Of a stretch of DNA of 64,000 bases, positions 39,401-47,941 are shown piece by piece. The stretch's first letter is position 1. Each line of letters opens with the position of its first letter. The position numbers were made by a program, and so were the translations under genes. The notes beneath the pieces are model-generated. The model ran no database searches and was not told the origin of the DNA. It saw nothing but the letters and a program-made list of their open reading frames with translations. The DNA comes from a virus (taxonomy: Duplodnaviria > Caudoviricetes): positions 1 through 64,000 of the IMG/VR virus record IMGVR_UViG_2871875081_000002. One strand, given 5' to 3'.

Positions 39401-40288
39401 ATCGAGGTCCAGTTCAAGTGTAACATTCGTGCTGGCCCCGACGACTTTCGTGATGTTCGCCACGTACTTGACACCTAGGTCCGCATAGTAGTGAGAAGGA
39501 AGATTCTTCTCGGAACCATAAGCTCTCAATCTCGTAACGACACTCTGGTCGGAATCAGCGTTCTGAACAATCTCATATAATCCATTACCGAGGCCATACT
39601 TGAAGATATGGTTTGCCTGTATTCCGGTAGTACCGACATATATGTTTCTTCCTCTGACGATGAAGTTTATGTCCCACTTCTCGTTCACAAGCGCAAGGGC
39701 CTGCCAACAGGTCTGCGAATCCACTGTAATGGACATCGATTCGATGACGTTATCGTCGGTTTTCTCACCATAAACCGACAACCACTCACTTTCAAGGGCT
39801 CCACGCTGAACGGAACGGTCCTTGTTTCGGGAGTAAATCTTCCAAAGACCTGCACCAATCTGCTCGTTTAAGCATGCCTGGATTCTGTCTAGCAAATCAT
39901 CCAAAGTCTGCACATAGAATGGGAATTTCGGCAGGGCAGTGTAGTGAAGCTCGTTATCGTTCAATACCACATCGAGGAACTCTGCCCTGGCAAGCTCATC
40001 CTGCAATGCATTGAACTTTACGCTGTCATATACGAAGCCCTCACCGTAGGTGTCAGGTCTTGCCTGCTTATCTTTGCCCGGCTCGTAGTTGAGCTCGAAT
40101 CGCTCGCCACGATAGACAATATAGTCGCCTATCTGAAAGTTGATAGGCACTTCATGCTTGAAGTTGATAGTCAAAAAACACTCACCCATCCAGGAATCAG
40201 AGTACTCCAATCCATGAACGGTTATCTGCTCTCCGTTAACGTCTGTCAGCTTCGAGCCATTCTTATGATAAATATTCCAAGCGCTCAT
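30458..40288 (-). CDS. Giant baseplate-hub/central tail fibre protein (3276 aa) with C-terminal S74-type intramolecular chaperone
   Basis: Follows Dit; Tal-like N-terminus, coiled coils, S/T/G-rich fibre repeats, SSDIRLK…YGFAWK…IGWIAQ chaperone motif. Confidence 0.85.
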   Translation of the reverse strand: MSAWNIYHKNGSKLTDVNGEQITVHGLEYSDSWMGECFLTINFKHEVPINFQIGDYIVYRGERFELNYEPGKDKQARPDTYGEGFVYDSVKFNALQDELARAEFLDVVLNDNELHYTALPKFPFYVQTLDDLLDRIQACLNEQIGAGLWKIYSRNKDRSVQRGALESEWLSVYGEKTDDNVIESMSITVDSQTCWQALALVNEKWDINFIVRGRNIYVGTTGIQANHIFKYGLGNGLYEIVQNADSDQSVVTRLRAYGSEKNLPSHYYADLGVKYVANITKVVGASTNVTLELDLDYIETYFKNPRKYIVSGETGEQSFGWVLKVTFDFKTEITGYVTQTYDSKKCRFYSKLKGTQTDTGDEESKEKLDAFIAQVKAGNTKMYITSGLNKKAVPSSMKEYAKNLPNNMSINRLMLPGFPHVSLSDFYNSLTNEEKRYVNPTGRQHRFSTDPHRPYIDSINIEQIGLRSASQFFDTDDKTNGVIEIYPTIEEMEIGGVRVDEIDKGVAPDDDGRFGDNETVKNVDIYLKKAIDFDINDLKDDDFSISMKDGMCGGRTFKVASSTKIDGRWRLTIKRVKDDALELWFPYKDYPIKKGDHFVLTGITLPDSYVNAASLKLLKYAIAFIDKNDYTRYVYQPKVDEIFMARQHDLAEKDTTGVIKSLHDTLKAGDLMEFEDTDLRIGGVISIDQLTIKEEDGKIPTYDITLREDKEVGTIQKIQQQISSLQSGNGGTGAGLTTTQVKSQVATEGSKHFISKINDDTAKGTITWEKVQKFLQGLLVGGGSWTPDAEGRSHLITDYLEVRMKAIFEELVINKTSTIGGKEIISPTGGVVAHKVEEVTVTYNNVSQKAYRCYFLAEQDGDEVDNDFAVNDQVRSESFNVRKGTYHKAGNHFYWRLVIGRDEDPVELEGKKYHYIDLSDTDCATASDVPAKGDVLNQCGNRTDVERQNCLIFSAVDTYSPSISLYHGINSYSFANREYVEYGVNKQNSKAFFNVYGDMYFGDRPTSANNYEGDSYVKFDSETKKVTIKGDLDIKSTYDGKTLDKYITEKSLDKNAVETIINKSQTIIDLQNQIDGAIETWFYDGVPTLKNAPAISWKTNDDKKTHLGDLYYDNKTGKAYRFAKDGSTYEWIIITDTELTKALKDSSQALKDAAAADKKANGAQATANTKRRIFGSQPVPPYDVNDMWVNATYPSDGSTYKNEILKCSTAKAEGEEFNISDWKLASKYTDDTKAEEAKKAAEKAQEEIKTTQSNLNALGTTVTENKKTFDSYVKDGYLEPSEIAAMAQDSKRLEDAFAAAEKSYNEVKGAEVLKSTKELTDLNTAFTTLSTAKTELVTYLSDISTNYNKADTNGKAAIVSAVGTKFTNFQSAYSAFYDKLGLANAYITSKIYGDLKQNITDLAGYKYLKDALGQTTYVDGGLVMTTLLALRDGDGNVQSGINGAIDKNRGKKSIATWWGGQMVDKDYNSGNLTPATSLIRFDGSGYLANGAIWWDVSGKVHADPTSFIISEKNLGAYLTFFEPTWKEGSAGTSVADLVSLKPNAPFSKLGVSGDATFEGAISFHGIKLTYDSKNKAIKIDGNLYTTGGITAYGAGASTTGGGGLNASVISYARILEGSYTDADLTSIPNAYAIKALSSRIDNIATELGGLSLSWNNITGKPSTFTPSAHTHKWTEITDRITKVSQLTNDKGYLTAHQSLASYYTKAEIDAKGYTTNKGTVTSVALTLPTGLTCATKTITTSGTFAISLASGYSIPTTAKQTAWDGAVSAKHTHSNKSVLDGITSTKVTRWDSAYDWYALITTDEETADGVINKWNEVVSFLANIAQTDTLSGIVDGINKSISDEVTRAKKAEGVNASGISTNKTSITTLQGYFTSGSAKKALQLTNIRKLWGNSFNGTADINGSIIVPDGKYISIGNIKMEYDATNKALKITNTTTNEVANLYTSGGVSAYGVGTSSSSGGGLNGSVKSYSNALKLTSESLSEIASAYSIKALDSRISSLEGGSAMNVSVSGSGNAVTAISKSGTTIIVTKGTTFLTSHQSLASYLTKTDAASLYQPKGNYLTAHQSLDGYVNAIAVSGSGNAVTAVTKSGKTITFTKGSTFSLNGHTHTFASLTSKPTSLSGYGITDGVNAVSVTGSGNAITTASISGHTLTLTKGSSFSLSNHTHYVGTTQVQGSSAEQALTGITKIDNILKLSKASVTVNTSYKAEQNRLVIYGTTYGNDANYIKSAGKLSYGDGGPQLVFSTSDNPDASGVQSAALVYTDHDTIGAGVSLSFVTNQGDAYFIAPHIKALTAFQGNLAWSYITNKPTTLSGFGITDGLRSVTQPSGSNVFVTGISTSGTAITYTKSYTKKSLSAVGTSGWTNASIDGNIIPDMSFIAYWNGAYSGTSSNLAYCNKGAFGSFAIKNSLAFSELTSKPTTISGYGITDAYTKSQVDAIAAKYLPLTGGTLTGQLKIVASALNGAYNGLRIGDDCYIGDCNIGNTIGLMGVGNNNAGMVKFGKGGMQFGYNGSNHIASTTAQWTNLNADLLDGWHKNNIVWSGAVNSDTASLSHYWAKLFDITVTDNQYDDRNFTFLFSNGFNDTFSVVVLRIRQNGAKDSGAYNFIISLRELVGNMSSRLRVYYNNATGNVQLWGNCQRQFGSLSYTIIKKTGRTSTDFTSQGTLVTNRWFSAAQSLPATTGDSPYTLLDGATRIGIVNQADQLVTARTIWGQSFNGTANVSGALSGVTTISASNTISTTLQNGALKIGNKLTPISAIDAQVIFNTGAAIRFGETAWDLNKWAGLKYNHSNKTIYLGIADNSVFIANSAQSNGTLKFPGITTITPDSGVRIGGSGGDLYLGNANNSGFVKVQDMCSQVNSSYWSITQLGSATFKSLTVNDVISCDSISVSKNAVIAGNLSVNGLINNKGILPTNYEVNNKGAGCYVSADALCSGITAITDSIQVNQVTVQYSNDNGTNWTNYEMSNDTKFNLYASNAGLTQVYLGYNVFTGNNDAEKLAQVKKNELMFSFEIPNSCYSQVYFACVDMGQGVGVTCTVEYLNSKGVIVNTYIKYMTGWNQFNYINLSRGNEGFPVGNDDRRYIRFRFKHDQNTTALRNASINKIRIFSFTKYSFPTDRFMGHTGHIYNFDYNMNTYFPNSILAKGGVTAYQSSDIRLKQDLRKLDYLGIIKAMGGTYGFAWKKDNTRSIGWIAQHVLCNPHLKDIVETDEKGYYKINYWSPKLIATAFGAIEQVGDEVSRLKARVVFLESEVQRLSGDKEDCNKKRLDNKNINSLN

Positions 40289-40295
40289 CTGTATG

Positions 40296-40784
40296 CTATA
40301 CTAAATTTGAAATATTGCCCTGTGTATCCTTAATCGGCTTAATATCAGTAACAGGGTCGTTAAACTTGAAAGTAATAGAGAGGACTAGCAAGTCCTCTCT
40401 ATCCGGATCTCTATATAGGTTTGGATCAATATCCTTAAGTCTTACATGCTGTCTTCCGATTCTATTGAAGTCGCAATACATCTTCATCATGCCTGACTTG
40501 CGGATGTAATCAATAAAAGCCTTACATTTCTCGTTAGCGCCGAAAGCCTCGCCGTGGAACATAAACTTTACCTTATTCTCGTATGCCGCCATATAAAGTC
40601 CATCCTTTCCGATATATTCGTCATCACCATGCTCATCGTGCCACTCCCTTTTCGGTGGTTCCTTGACAGAATCGCAAGGCTTGAACGGGTTCTCGGAAAC
40701 ATACATGCCGAAGTCGGCGATGGAGTCCTTCACCTCATTCCCATCGCCTTCCTTCTGCATGTATATCCTGAAATAATCTTTCAT
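40296..40784 (-). CDS. Distal tail protein (Dit)-like
   Basis: Size and position between tape measure and hub/fibre. Confidence 0.6.
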   Translation of the reverse strand: MKDYFRIYMQKEGDGNEVKDSIADFGMYVSENPFKPCDSVKEPPKREWHDEHGDDEYIGKDGLYMAAYENKVKFMFHGEAFGANEKCKAFIDYIRKSGMMKMYCDFNRIGRQHVRLKDIDPNLYRDPDREDLLVLSITFKFNDPVTDIKPIKDTQGNISNLV

Positions 40785-40908
40785 ACCTTAAATCAACTTT
40801 TTATATTTGCAAATATACAAAAAAATGCATAAACATGCAAGAGATGTCAGATTAAAAATGTATAAATATACGAAAGAGGGCGCAGAAATAGATCCGCGCC
40901 CCCGATTA

Positions 40909-43900
40909 TTACTTCATCTTCAATGATTTTGTTCCGTTAAGAACTCTATTGAAGTTGTCGTTATACTCAACGAATATACTTTCAATCCTCTCGGCCGCAT
41001 CCGCATTGCGTAACGTATTTCGAGCAATCGCATTGAGTTGTATCAGCTGAGACTTGGCAATCTCGCTCATCTCTGGATAATACTTAGCTTGTTCTTCTCT
41101 CATGACAGAGCAATCGAGCCTAATTGCGTTGAGGTATGAGGCAATCAAGTCTCCTGTTTCCTCCGTAATGCTCTTGATGGAGTTTCTCGATGATGAACTA
41201 CTGTTGTCAGACCAGCCGTAAGTCTTCTTGAGATAATCTCTCGTTGCCTCGATTTGCTTTGAGAGCTCATCTGTGCTGTTCTTTACGTCGGAATACTCTG
41301 CTCCTGTGTATTCAGAAATAACATTTCCGTTGGAATCCTTAATCTTGTCACCATTCTCTGCGTACTCCTGAGTCTTCTTCAAAAGAGCCTTAATTTTGTC
41401 TCCATATATATTCTCAATCATGGAGTTCAAGATGGTTTTCTTCAGGTTGTCCTCGAAGTGCTCAACGAGATTATCTGACGAGTTAGCCATCGTTGCCATT
41501 GCGTCACCCCAGGAAGACACCAAGTCAGAGAACTTGTTACCGGTCAGTTTCTCTGTAAGAGCCTCAATCATGTCATCAGCCTTCTCTCCGTACTGAATGA
41601 GCTTTTCCAGGTAATCCCTGAACTCAGAGTCCATACTAGCCCAAAGACCGGTATAATCCTTTTTTATCTTTGAAAGAGTATCGGAGTCCATATTGAGCAT
41701 ATCCTCCATTCCATTGAACTGGACTCCGTATTTCGAAGAGATTTCTCCGGCAACATCACGCCAGTTCTGACCATTGTACTTATATGAACCCTTCCACATT
41801 CTATATTTGATAGAGTGTGAGCCAGCTGACGCACCGGCATTGAGCCTCTTCTGCGCGATAACCTTAGTCTGCTCAATCTCCGCCTTAAGCATTTCCTGGG
41901 CTTCCTTGGATGCCTCTGTAGCCTCTGTACCCCAATGGATGTTCATGTACTCAGTCTTCTTGGAGATGAGAGAATCCCAAATTGAGGTCAGGTTGTCGTA
42001 CTCAGCCTTCGCCTTTTCGTAACTGCTGTAGTCTGCGCCGAATGCCTTGATGAGCGAACCGCCAATACTCAACGCTGCGGAAGCGGCTGCTGCGTATGGA
42101 CCAGCCCCCTCTAGGAATCCAAGACCCTTCATTTTACTTAGGGTGTCAAAGGCTCCAGCTGTACTTGCTGCCGAAGAGAATGCGCCTGATGCTCCACCAA
42201 CAATTTGACCAAGGATTGAATCCTCTTCACCCATAGCCTTAAACAGATTGATTACCGGGTCAAGAACCGTATTGAGTGCCTGCATCTTCGTCGCAAGTTC
42301 AGAGATTGCTTTAGACGAGTCGGCGTACGCTGACTGCTGATCATTCTTCAGACTCGCCTTTGTTCTTACGCCGCCTGCGATACCAAGTCTAGAAGCATCC
42401 TCCTTACTAACGAATATCTTCGCAGTATCGTTCATACCGCCAAGATGCTCATTTATGAACTTCCCGATAGCATTGCCACGCTTAACTCCTCCGAATACAC
42501 TAGGGAACGGATTTCTGCTAATCTGCTCATTTCTGAGCTTATCTAGGGCATCTCTGAGTTGTTTGATGGATTCTACAGATAAACCGGTAGTCATAGAAAA
42601 CTGGTCTATCTTCTCGATCATAGAGTTGATTGTTGCCGAAGACACCCTGTCGAGGTCATCGAAGATAGCAACCCAATCAGATTCTTGCTTGAACTGTTCA
42701 AACTGGAGCTTTGCCAAATTCTCGTTGTGAGTCTTTGTGGCTCCTGCCTTGGCTCTGTCTCTCATCTGTGGGTCTTCGATGCCCTTGATGAGGTCAAGCT
42801 GTCTCTCGTATTTTCGGTTTTCATCCTCAATCTGCTGGGCGATGGTTGCATTCTTTTCAATAAGACTAGCCATCAGGTCGATGGTCTCCTTCTTGATCTT
42901 GTTGTTCTCATCTTCCAGTTTCTTGCGGATATCGTAAACACGAGTCTCCTCGCCATACTTATCCTTGACATTTTCAAGACTCATTTCCTTAACCTCATCC
43001 GTAGTAAAGTTGAGGCCGGACTGAACATTGTCGTGCTTTACCGCAATGTCAAGTTGTTCCTCCAGGAACTTCTTGTATGTATCAAATTGAACAGTTCCGC
43101 CGAAAGCGATATTTTCAGAACCCTTTTTATTTCCAGTCAACTCATATATCTTCTTGTATGTATCATACTGTTCGGATATAACATCAAGCTGCTTGTTGAG
43201 CACATTCAGCTCATCTCTTCGCTGGTCTTCAAGAAGCTTTCGGTTTTCAGTCTGAATACCGGCCTTCTCGTTTGCAGCGTAGTCCAATCTCTCCCTTGTT
43301 GAGGCCGGGAGAGTCTTCAAGAGTTCTTTAATAGAGGTCTCATAATTGGTGTAGTCGGAGATAGGAAACCTCTTCTTGTCACCAAAGATAGCCTCAAACT
43401 CTCCGTCGTTGGCAAGTTGACCGAGAGCACCCTCACCGTAAAGTTCCTTAAACTTCTTGATTTCAGCATACATCTTCTTGTATAAGTCGATGCGCTTCCT
43501 CAAATCTTCAAGAGCCTTATCTGTCTGCGCGCCTTTTGGTCTACGGCCACCGGTTTTCTTGTTTTTCTTCTTGTCGTCACCAGTAAACCATTCGCCCCAG
43601 TTATCATGATAAGCCTGCATCTTAAGTTCGTACTCCTTCTGCTTCTGTGTAAACTCATCGAGAGAAAGATTGCCCAGCGCAAGCATCTTCTTTCTGGTGT
43701 TGAGTTCCTTTTTGGCAGCAGTAATGTCCGACTCAGCGTTGCTCTTTGCTTTATCGTAGTCGTCTCCGGCATCCTTTCCCCAACTCTTGACGTACTTGTT
43801 CTTCTCATGGTAGTCGTAACCACTACCCTTGAGATTCTTTTCAAGCTGCTGAGTGAGATCCGAGTCATCGTTCCTGAATACGAGATGAATGACAGCCTCA

Positions 43901-46900
43901 AATCTATCAGCCGCAAGCATTCGCTTCAATGCGTCTGATGCAAAAGGATAGTCTTTCTGAACCTGAGCCGCAGCATCCTTCATCATGTTTGAAACCTGAA
44001 CCTTCTCTGCATCTGTCAATTCCTGGTTGTTGCGAATCTTGTCACCAATCCAAGGAAACGAAGTGTTTACTGCGTTATCGAGAGCATCCTTGAATTTATT
44101 CTCGTAGAAGCCAGTCTCAACACCCATCGCATTAAGAACGTCAGCACGGAACTGATCAGAAACATCCTGGTTCCATCCCTGCTTTGCAAAGAATGACGAA
44201 AGAATCTGGTTAGCCTTACCCTGCAACTCCGGGCTGTTGCTAATATCTCCAAGCTCATCAATGAGATAATCGCGCATGGCTTTCACCTCATTCTTGTATT
44301 TTTCTTCCCAGGAGTTGAAGCTAGCAAAGTCGGATTGGGTGGCATTAATCATATTCGCCTTTGCGGATGCCGAAGAGAACGCTTCTGCTATCTCCTTTGC
44401 AGAAGACAGTTTCTCGTCGAATCCCTTATAGGTATCCTCGTTAGAAAGAGATTTCTGAGTGCTCTCCTCAACCTGTTTGAGAAGGATGAGCTGTTCTTTG
44501 AGATACTTAAGTCTATCCTCATTCGATTTCTTTTCGAGAAGGCTCATTGTGAAAGCATTTTCCTTTTCAGGAGCAATCTCCTTTAGCTTTTCCTTATATG
44601 CGTCAATAAGGTTTTCTATCTCTTTCTCGTCGCCATCCTTAATGGCTTTATCCGCATCGTTATCGCGAAGAAACTCGCCAATCTTAGTGTATCTGTCTTT
44701 CAGTTCGTCAGCAGTAGTCTCCATGTCTTGCTTCAGCTGCTGATGCTTCTGCCAGTAGTATGCAAAGATTGCAGATCCGGCAGAGATAGCGATTCCAGGA
44801 AGACCGCCAAGAAAACCGATGATAGAACTAAATCCGGACTTCAAGCCTCCGAGAAGCAAACCTCCTGCTGCTCCCCATTTGCTAGGGCTAGCCAATCCCT
44901 TCAGAACTCCACCAAGGGAGATTCTGTTTACCTGCCCCTCCTGCTTTGTGAGAGCCATACCTTGCTTGTACATCTCCTTGGTTATCTGTCCGGTAACATA
45001 CAAGCGTCTTAGCTCAGCTTTTGTTATCGCATTTGCCTTTGCGAGTGCCTGGATATCCTGAATCCGAATCTGATTTTTATACTGAAGAATCTGTTTCTCC
45101 ACGGGAGTTATTTTTTCTCCACGCAAAAGCTTGAGTTCAGCTTCTTTCGCAATATTTCCCTTTGAGTTCAGTATTCTTTTCCCGATTCCGCCCTCCAAGG
45201 TCTTTACTCCACGCATAAGAGCAGGTCCGGCGAATGCTGCAACCATAGCAGGACCTAAGACGTGAATCTGCTGCACGAGATTGGTAACAACATCAAGAAT
45301 ACCCTTGAAAGTTCCACCTATAATATTCTTGCCGTTAGCAAAGTCGGCAAGCATGATTTCCCAGGCATCTTTCAGCTTGTTATATCGTCCGAGCAGAGTC
45401 TCACTCAGAACCTGCTGCATATTATAGAACTGACCACCTGCATCAGTCATCTGCCAGAAGATAGACTTTACGTCATCAAAGCTAACATCTCGGCTTGAAA
45501 TTCTGGTCTTAATCTCTGATGTTGAGACATTTCGACCCTCTTGCTTAGAGTAGAACTCTGATAACTTTTCAAGCAGAGGAATACCGGCATAGGCAATCTG
45601 ACGAAGTTCCTTACCATCGAGCCAGCCACGAGCCTGTACCTGACCAAACGCCAATGCGATACGGTCAAAGCTAACACCAAGACCGGAAGACATATCTGCA
45701 AGCCTCTTGGTTGTGTCATAGAGCTGGTCGTACTCAACTCCATACGCAGCCAACTGCTTAACGTCTCGGTTCAATTCAGAGAACGTAAATGGCGAATTAA
45801 GAGCAAGTTCCTTAATCTGATTGAACATTGTATTCGCATTCTGCATGTCACCAAGGATTGACTGGAGAGCAATATGCTGCTTCTCCATCTCACCACCAGT
45901 AGTGATGATGCTCATAGCGAACTGCTGTGCGCCGAACACAAGACCTCCCTGCAAGAAAAGTGACTTCAAATCCTGTACGGTTGAGTTCAACTTTCCTGCA
46001 TGACTGTTAGCTTTCTCGAAGCCGCGAACCAGTTGAGATTGAATCTTAGCTCCTGAGTCAACGATTGCCTGCTGACGCTTCTGTTCAAGCTCAACACCTC
46101 TTTGAATTTCTCGGTTTATTGCCTTCTGGTCTTGAAGAACCCTTGATGCCAATGTGGTATCGTGACCGCTACCGATATTACCAAGCATACCAAGGCTATC
46201 TTTCCAATTTTCAGAATTAAGCCTATCCTTGATAGTTCTGAGACCTCTCATTATGGAAATGAGCCTATTAATCTCTGCTTCTGCCTTACTTACATCTGCT
46301 CCGATGGTAATTCCTCTGCTGTATTCAGAACGAAGCTGGCGAACCTTATTTCCAAGAGAGTCGTATCGGCGTTCTGTGTTCTTCAAATCATTCTGGCGTT
46401 GCCTCTCTGCCTCTTTTGCCTCGCGTGCTGCGTCCTTTATAACCTTTGCATAAGTATTTGCTTTATCTATAGCATTAAGATACCCGGAACTCTTTACGAC
46501 ATCAGTTGCTGTGAGTCCTGTGATAGGATGAATACCTCTGTTATTCCTGATCTGTTCTAACTCAGTTCTGTATTTAGACAGCTCTGACAACGACTGACGT
46601 ATGTTGTTCGTTGAATCGACGCCAAACATCTGTATTCCTTCACCATGGCGTTTGTTGATTTCGTCAATAATAGAAGATAACTTATAAAGTTCTCTCTCTG
46701 CCTTGTTAGCCTCAGTTGCAACGCTGTTAGGAAATATGTTGAATCCAGCACCTTCCTTAGACACCTCTCCGAGTATGCGGCCTATTTTGTATAACCCGTC
46801 CTGGACAGACTCCAACTGCTGGAGTTTTTTGGGACTAAAGAAATCTTCGCTTGAAAATACACCAATGTTACGATGTAATTCTTTAACGAAGTTGTTTAGC

Positions 46901-47091
46901 TTTTCAAAACTACGACCTCCCTTATCTCCAAGACCTTTTGTCGCTTCGGATATTGCTTCCAAAGCATTCTGTGCCTGCTTACCAGTAGCATCAATCTTGT
47001 TTAATTCTTTGGTAATCTTTTTGGTTTCCTCTTCAATTCTCGATTTAAGAGTGAGCGAGAAACTGAGGTCTCCCATATTTCCACCTGCCAT
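40909..47091 (-). CDS. Tape measure protein
   Basis: 2060-aa helical protein; ALNSPFTFSELNRDVKQLAAYG…IALAFGQVQARG tape-measure domain. Confidence 0.93.
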   Translation of the reverse strand: MAGGNMGDLSFSLTLKSRIEEETKKITKELNKIDATGKQAQNALEAISEATKGLGDKGGRSFEKLNNFVKELHRNIGVFSSEDFFSPKKLQQLESVQDGLYKIGRILGEVSKEGAGFNIFPNSVATEANKAERELYKLSSIIDEINKRHGEGIQMFGVDSTNNIRQSLSELSKYRTELEQIRNNRGIHPITGLTATDVVKSSGYLNAIDKANTYAKVIKDAAREAKEAERQRQNDLKNTERRYDSLGNKVRQLRSEYSRGITIGADVSKAEAEINRLISIMRGLRTIKDRLNSENWKDSLGMLGNIGSGHDTTLASRVLQDQKAINREIQRGVELEQKRQQAIVDSGAKIQSQLVRGFEKANSHAGKLNSTVQDLKSLFLQGGLVFGAQQFAMSIITTGGEMEKQHIALQSILGDMQNANTMFNQIKELALNSPFTFSELNRDVKQLAAYGVEYDQLYDTTKRLADMSSGLGVSFDRIALAFGQVQARGWLDGKELRQIAYAGIPLLEKLSEFYSKQEGRNVSTSEIKTRISSRDVSFDDVKSIFWQMTDAGGQFYNMQQVLSETLLGRYNKLKDAWEIMLADFANGKNIIGGTFKGILDVVTNLVQQIHVLGPAMVAAFAGPALMRGVKTLEGGIGKRILNSKGNIAKEAELKLLRGEKITPVEKQILQYKNQIRIQDIQALAKANAITKAELRRLYVTGQITKEMYKQGMALTKQEGQVNRISLGGVLKGLASPSKWGAAGGLLLGGLKSGFSSIIGFLGGLPGIAISAGSAIFAYYWQKHQQLKQDMETTADELKDRYTKIGEFLRDNDADKAIKDGDEKEIENLIDAYKEKLKEIAPEKENAFTMSLLEKKSNEDRLKYLKEQLILLKQVEESTQKSLSNEDTYKGFDEKLSSAKEIAEAFSSASAKANMINATQSDFASFNSWEEKYKNEVKAMRDYLIDELGDISNSPELQGKANQILSSFFAKQGWNQDVSDQFRADVLNAMGVETGFYENKFKDALDNAVNTSFPWIGDKIRNNQELTDAEKVQVSNMMKDAAAQVQKDYPFASDALKRMLAADRFEAVIHLVFRNDDSDLTQQLEKNLKGSGYDYHEKNKYVKSWGKDAGDDYDKAKSNAESDITAAKKELNTRKKMLALGNLSLDEFTQKQKEYELKMQAYHDNWGEWFTGDDKKKNKKTGGRRPKGAQTDKALEDLRKRIDLYKKMYAEIKKFKELYGEGALGQLANDGEFEAIFGDKKRFPISDYTNYETSIKELLKTLPASTRERLDYAANEKAGIQTENRKLLEDQRRDELNVLNKQLDVISEQYDTYKKIYELTGNKKGSENIAFGGTVQFDTYKKFLEEQLDIAVKHDNVQSGLNFTTDEVKEMSLENVKDKYGEETRVYDIRKKLEDENNKIKKETIDLMASLIEKNATIAQQIEDENRKYERQLDLIKGIEDPQMRDRAKAGATKTHNENLAKLQFEQFKQESDWVAIFDDLDRVSSATINSMIEKIDQFSMTTGLSVESIKQLRDALDKLRNEQISRNPFPSVFGGVKRGNAIGKFINEHLGGMNDTAKIFVSKEDASRLGIAGGVRTKASLKNDQQSAYADSSKAISELATKMQALNTVLDPVINLFKAMGEEDSILGQIVGGASGAFSSAASTAGAFDTLSKMKGLGFLEGAGPYAAAASAALSIGGSLIKAFGADYSSYEKAKAEYDNLTSIWDSLISKKTEYMNIHWGTEATEASKEAQEMLKAEIEQTKVIAQKRLNAGASAGSHSIKYRMWKGSYKYNGQNWRDVAGEISSKYGVQFNGMEDMLNMDSDTLSKIKKDYTGLWASMDSEFRDYLEKLIQYGEKADDMIEALTEKLTGNKFSDLVSSWGDAMATMANSSDNLVEHFEDNLKKTILNSMIENIYGDKIKALLKKTQEYAENGDKIKDSNGNVISEYTGAEYSDVKNSTDELSKQIEATRDYLKKTYGWSDNSSSSSRNSIKSITEETGDLIASYLNAIRLDCSVMREEQAKYYPEMSEIAKSQLIQLNAIARNTLRNADAAERIESIFVEYNDNFNRVLNGTKSLKMK

Positions 47092-47109
47092 ATCCTGAAT
47101 ATTTTTAAA

Positions 47110-47516
47110 TTAGAGTTTATTGTTTAAGTAATCTGCAAGACTTATCTTCTTGCCAACGAGGCTTCCCTCATTCTTCTTTTTCTCCACCCACCTGTCGTAG
47201 AGGTCATCCATCTCCTTCTTGGTGTGCTTCTTCGGACCACCTTCCTTCTTGGTCTTAGGATAGACGACAAGAGGCTGGTCTGCAACCATGAGGTCAATCT
47301 GTGCCGATGAATAGCCCCACCAGTAGTCGTAGGCTGCGATGAAGTACTTGCGCTGAAAGAGGAAACCGAACTTCTCTGCTAGTGAGAAGGCTGCTCCCCA
47401 GCTTGTTCTGCTTGGATAGCTTTTGCTTCGCTCCTCGTCATCGTCATCATCACGTCCGTCATCCCGGTCGCTAATATGGTAGCCAGTGAGAATGCGTTCG
47501 ATGGAATTTTTTTTTT
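47110..47516 (-). CDS. -1 frameshift extension of the tail assembly chaperone (G-T type)
   Basis: A10 run at about 47507-47516; the -1 frame is open from the run to TAA at 47110 and has no start codon of its own near its 5' end. Confidence 0.75.
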
Positions 47517-47837
47517 AGAAACATCGAGAACTCTCAGAACCTCGGCCACGTCCACATCATTGATGTAGTAGAGCCAGCGCCAGTAGATCCAATACAGGAA
47601 TCGAATCTTCCAGATGTTGTTGAGGAGAATGCAGACACAAATCTTGACGTTGCGCTTCCATTCGTTCTTCTCCTTTGCCCTGATGTGGGAACACCTGCTC
47701 ATGGTTCCCTTGCGAAGCCAGCCGATCTTGTGCTTCTTTCCACGGAACACGAACTCGGTAGGCTCGTCGTGCAGTACGCTGTCAAGCAACTCCTGCAAGT
47801 CCACTGAAGGCTGCTCTATTTTCTTTTCTTCTGCCAT
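47379..47837 (-). CDS. Tail assembly chaperone
   Basis: Between tail tube and tape measure; contains the slippery run. Confidence 0.75.
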   Translation of the reverse strand: MAEEKKIEQPSVDLQELLDSVLHDEPTEFVFRGKKHKIGWLRKGTMSRCSHIRAKEKNEWKRNVKICVCILLNNIWKIRFLYWIYWRWLYYINDVDVAEVLRVLDVSKKKIPSNAFSLATILATGMTDVMMTMTRSEAKAIQAEQAGEQPSH

Positions 47838-47861
47838 GATTGTATGCTATTAAATGAAGAA

Positions 47862-47893
47862 GGGCGGCACGGCTGTTGATTAGCCTGCCGCCC
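47862..47893 (-). terminator. Terminator/attenuator after the major tail gene
   Basis: GGGCGGCA…TGCCGCCC stem with pyrimidine-rich tail on the - strand. Confidence 0.6.
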
Positions 47894-47941
47894 AACGGTT
47901 TGTTATCCTGAATCTAATTACCTAAAGAAGCCTTTACTTGA

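Noticed and set aside
28671-40288. Diversity-generating retroelement targeting the tail fibre
   Set aside because: No reverse transcriptase and no TR/VR pair differing at adenines were seen in the window.
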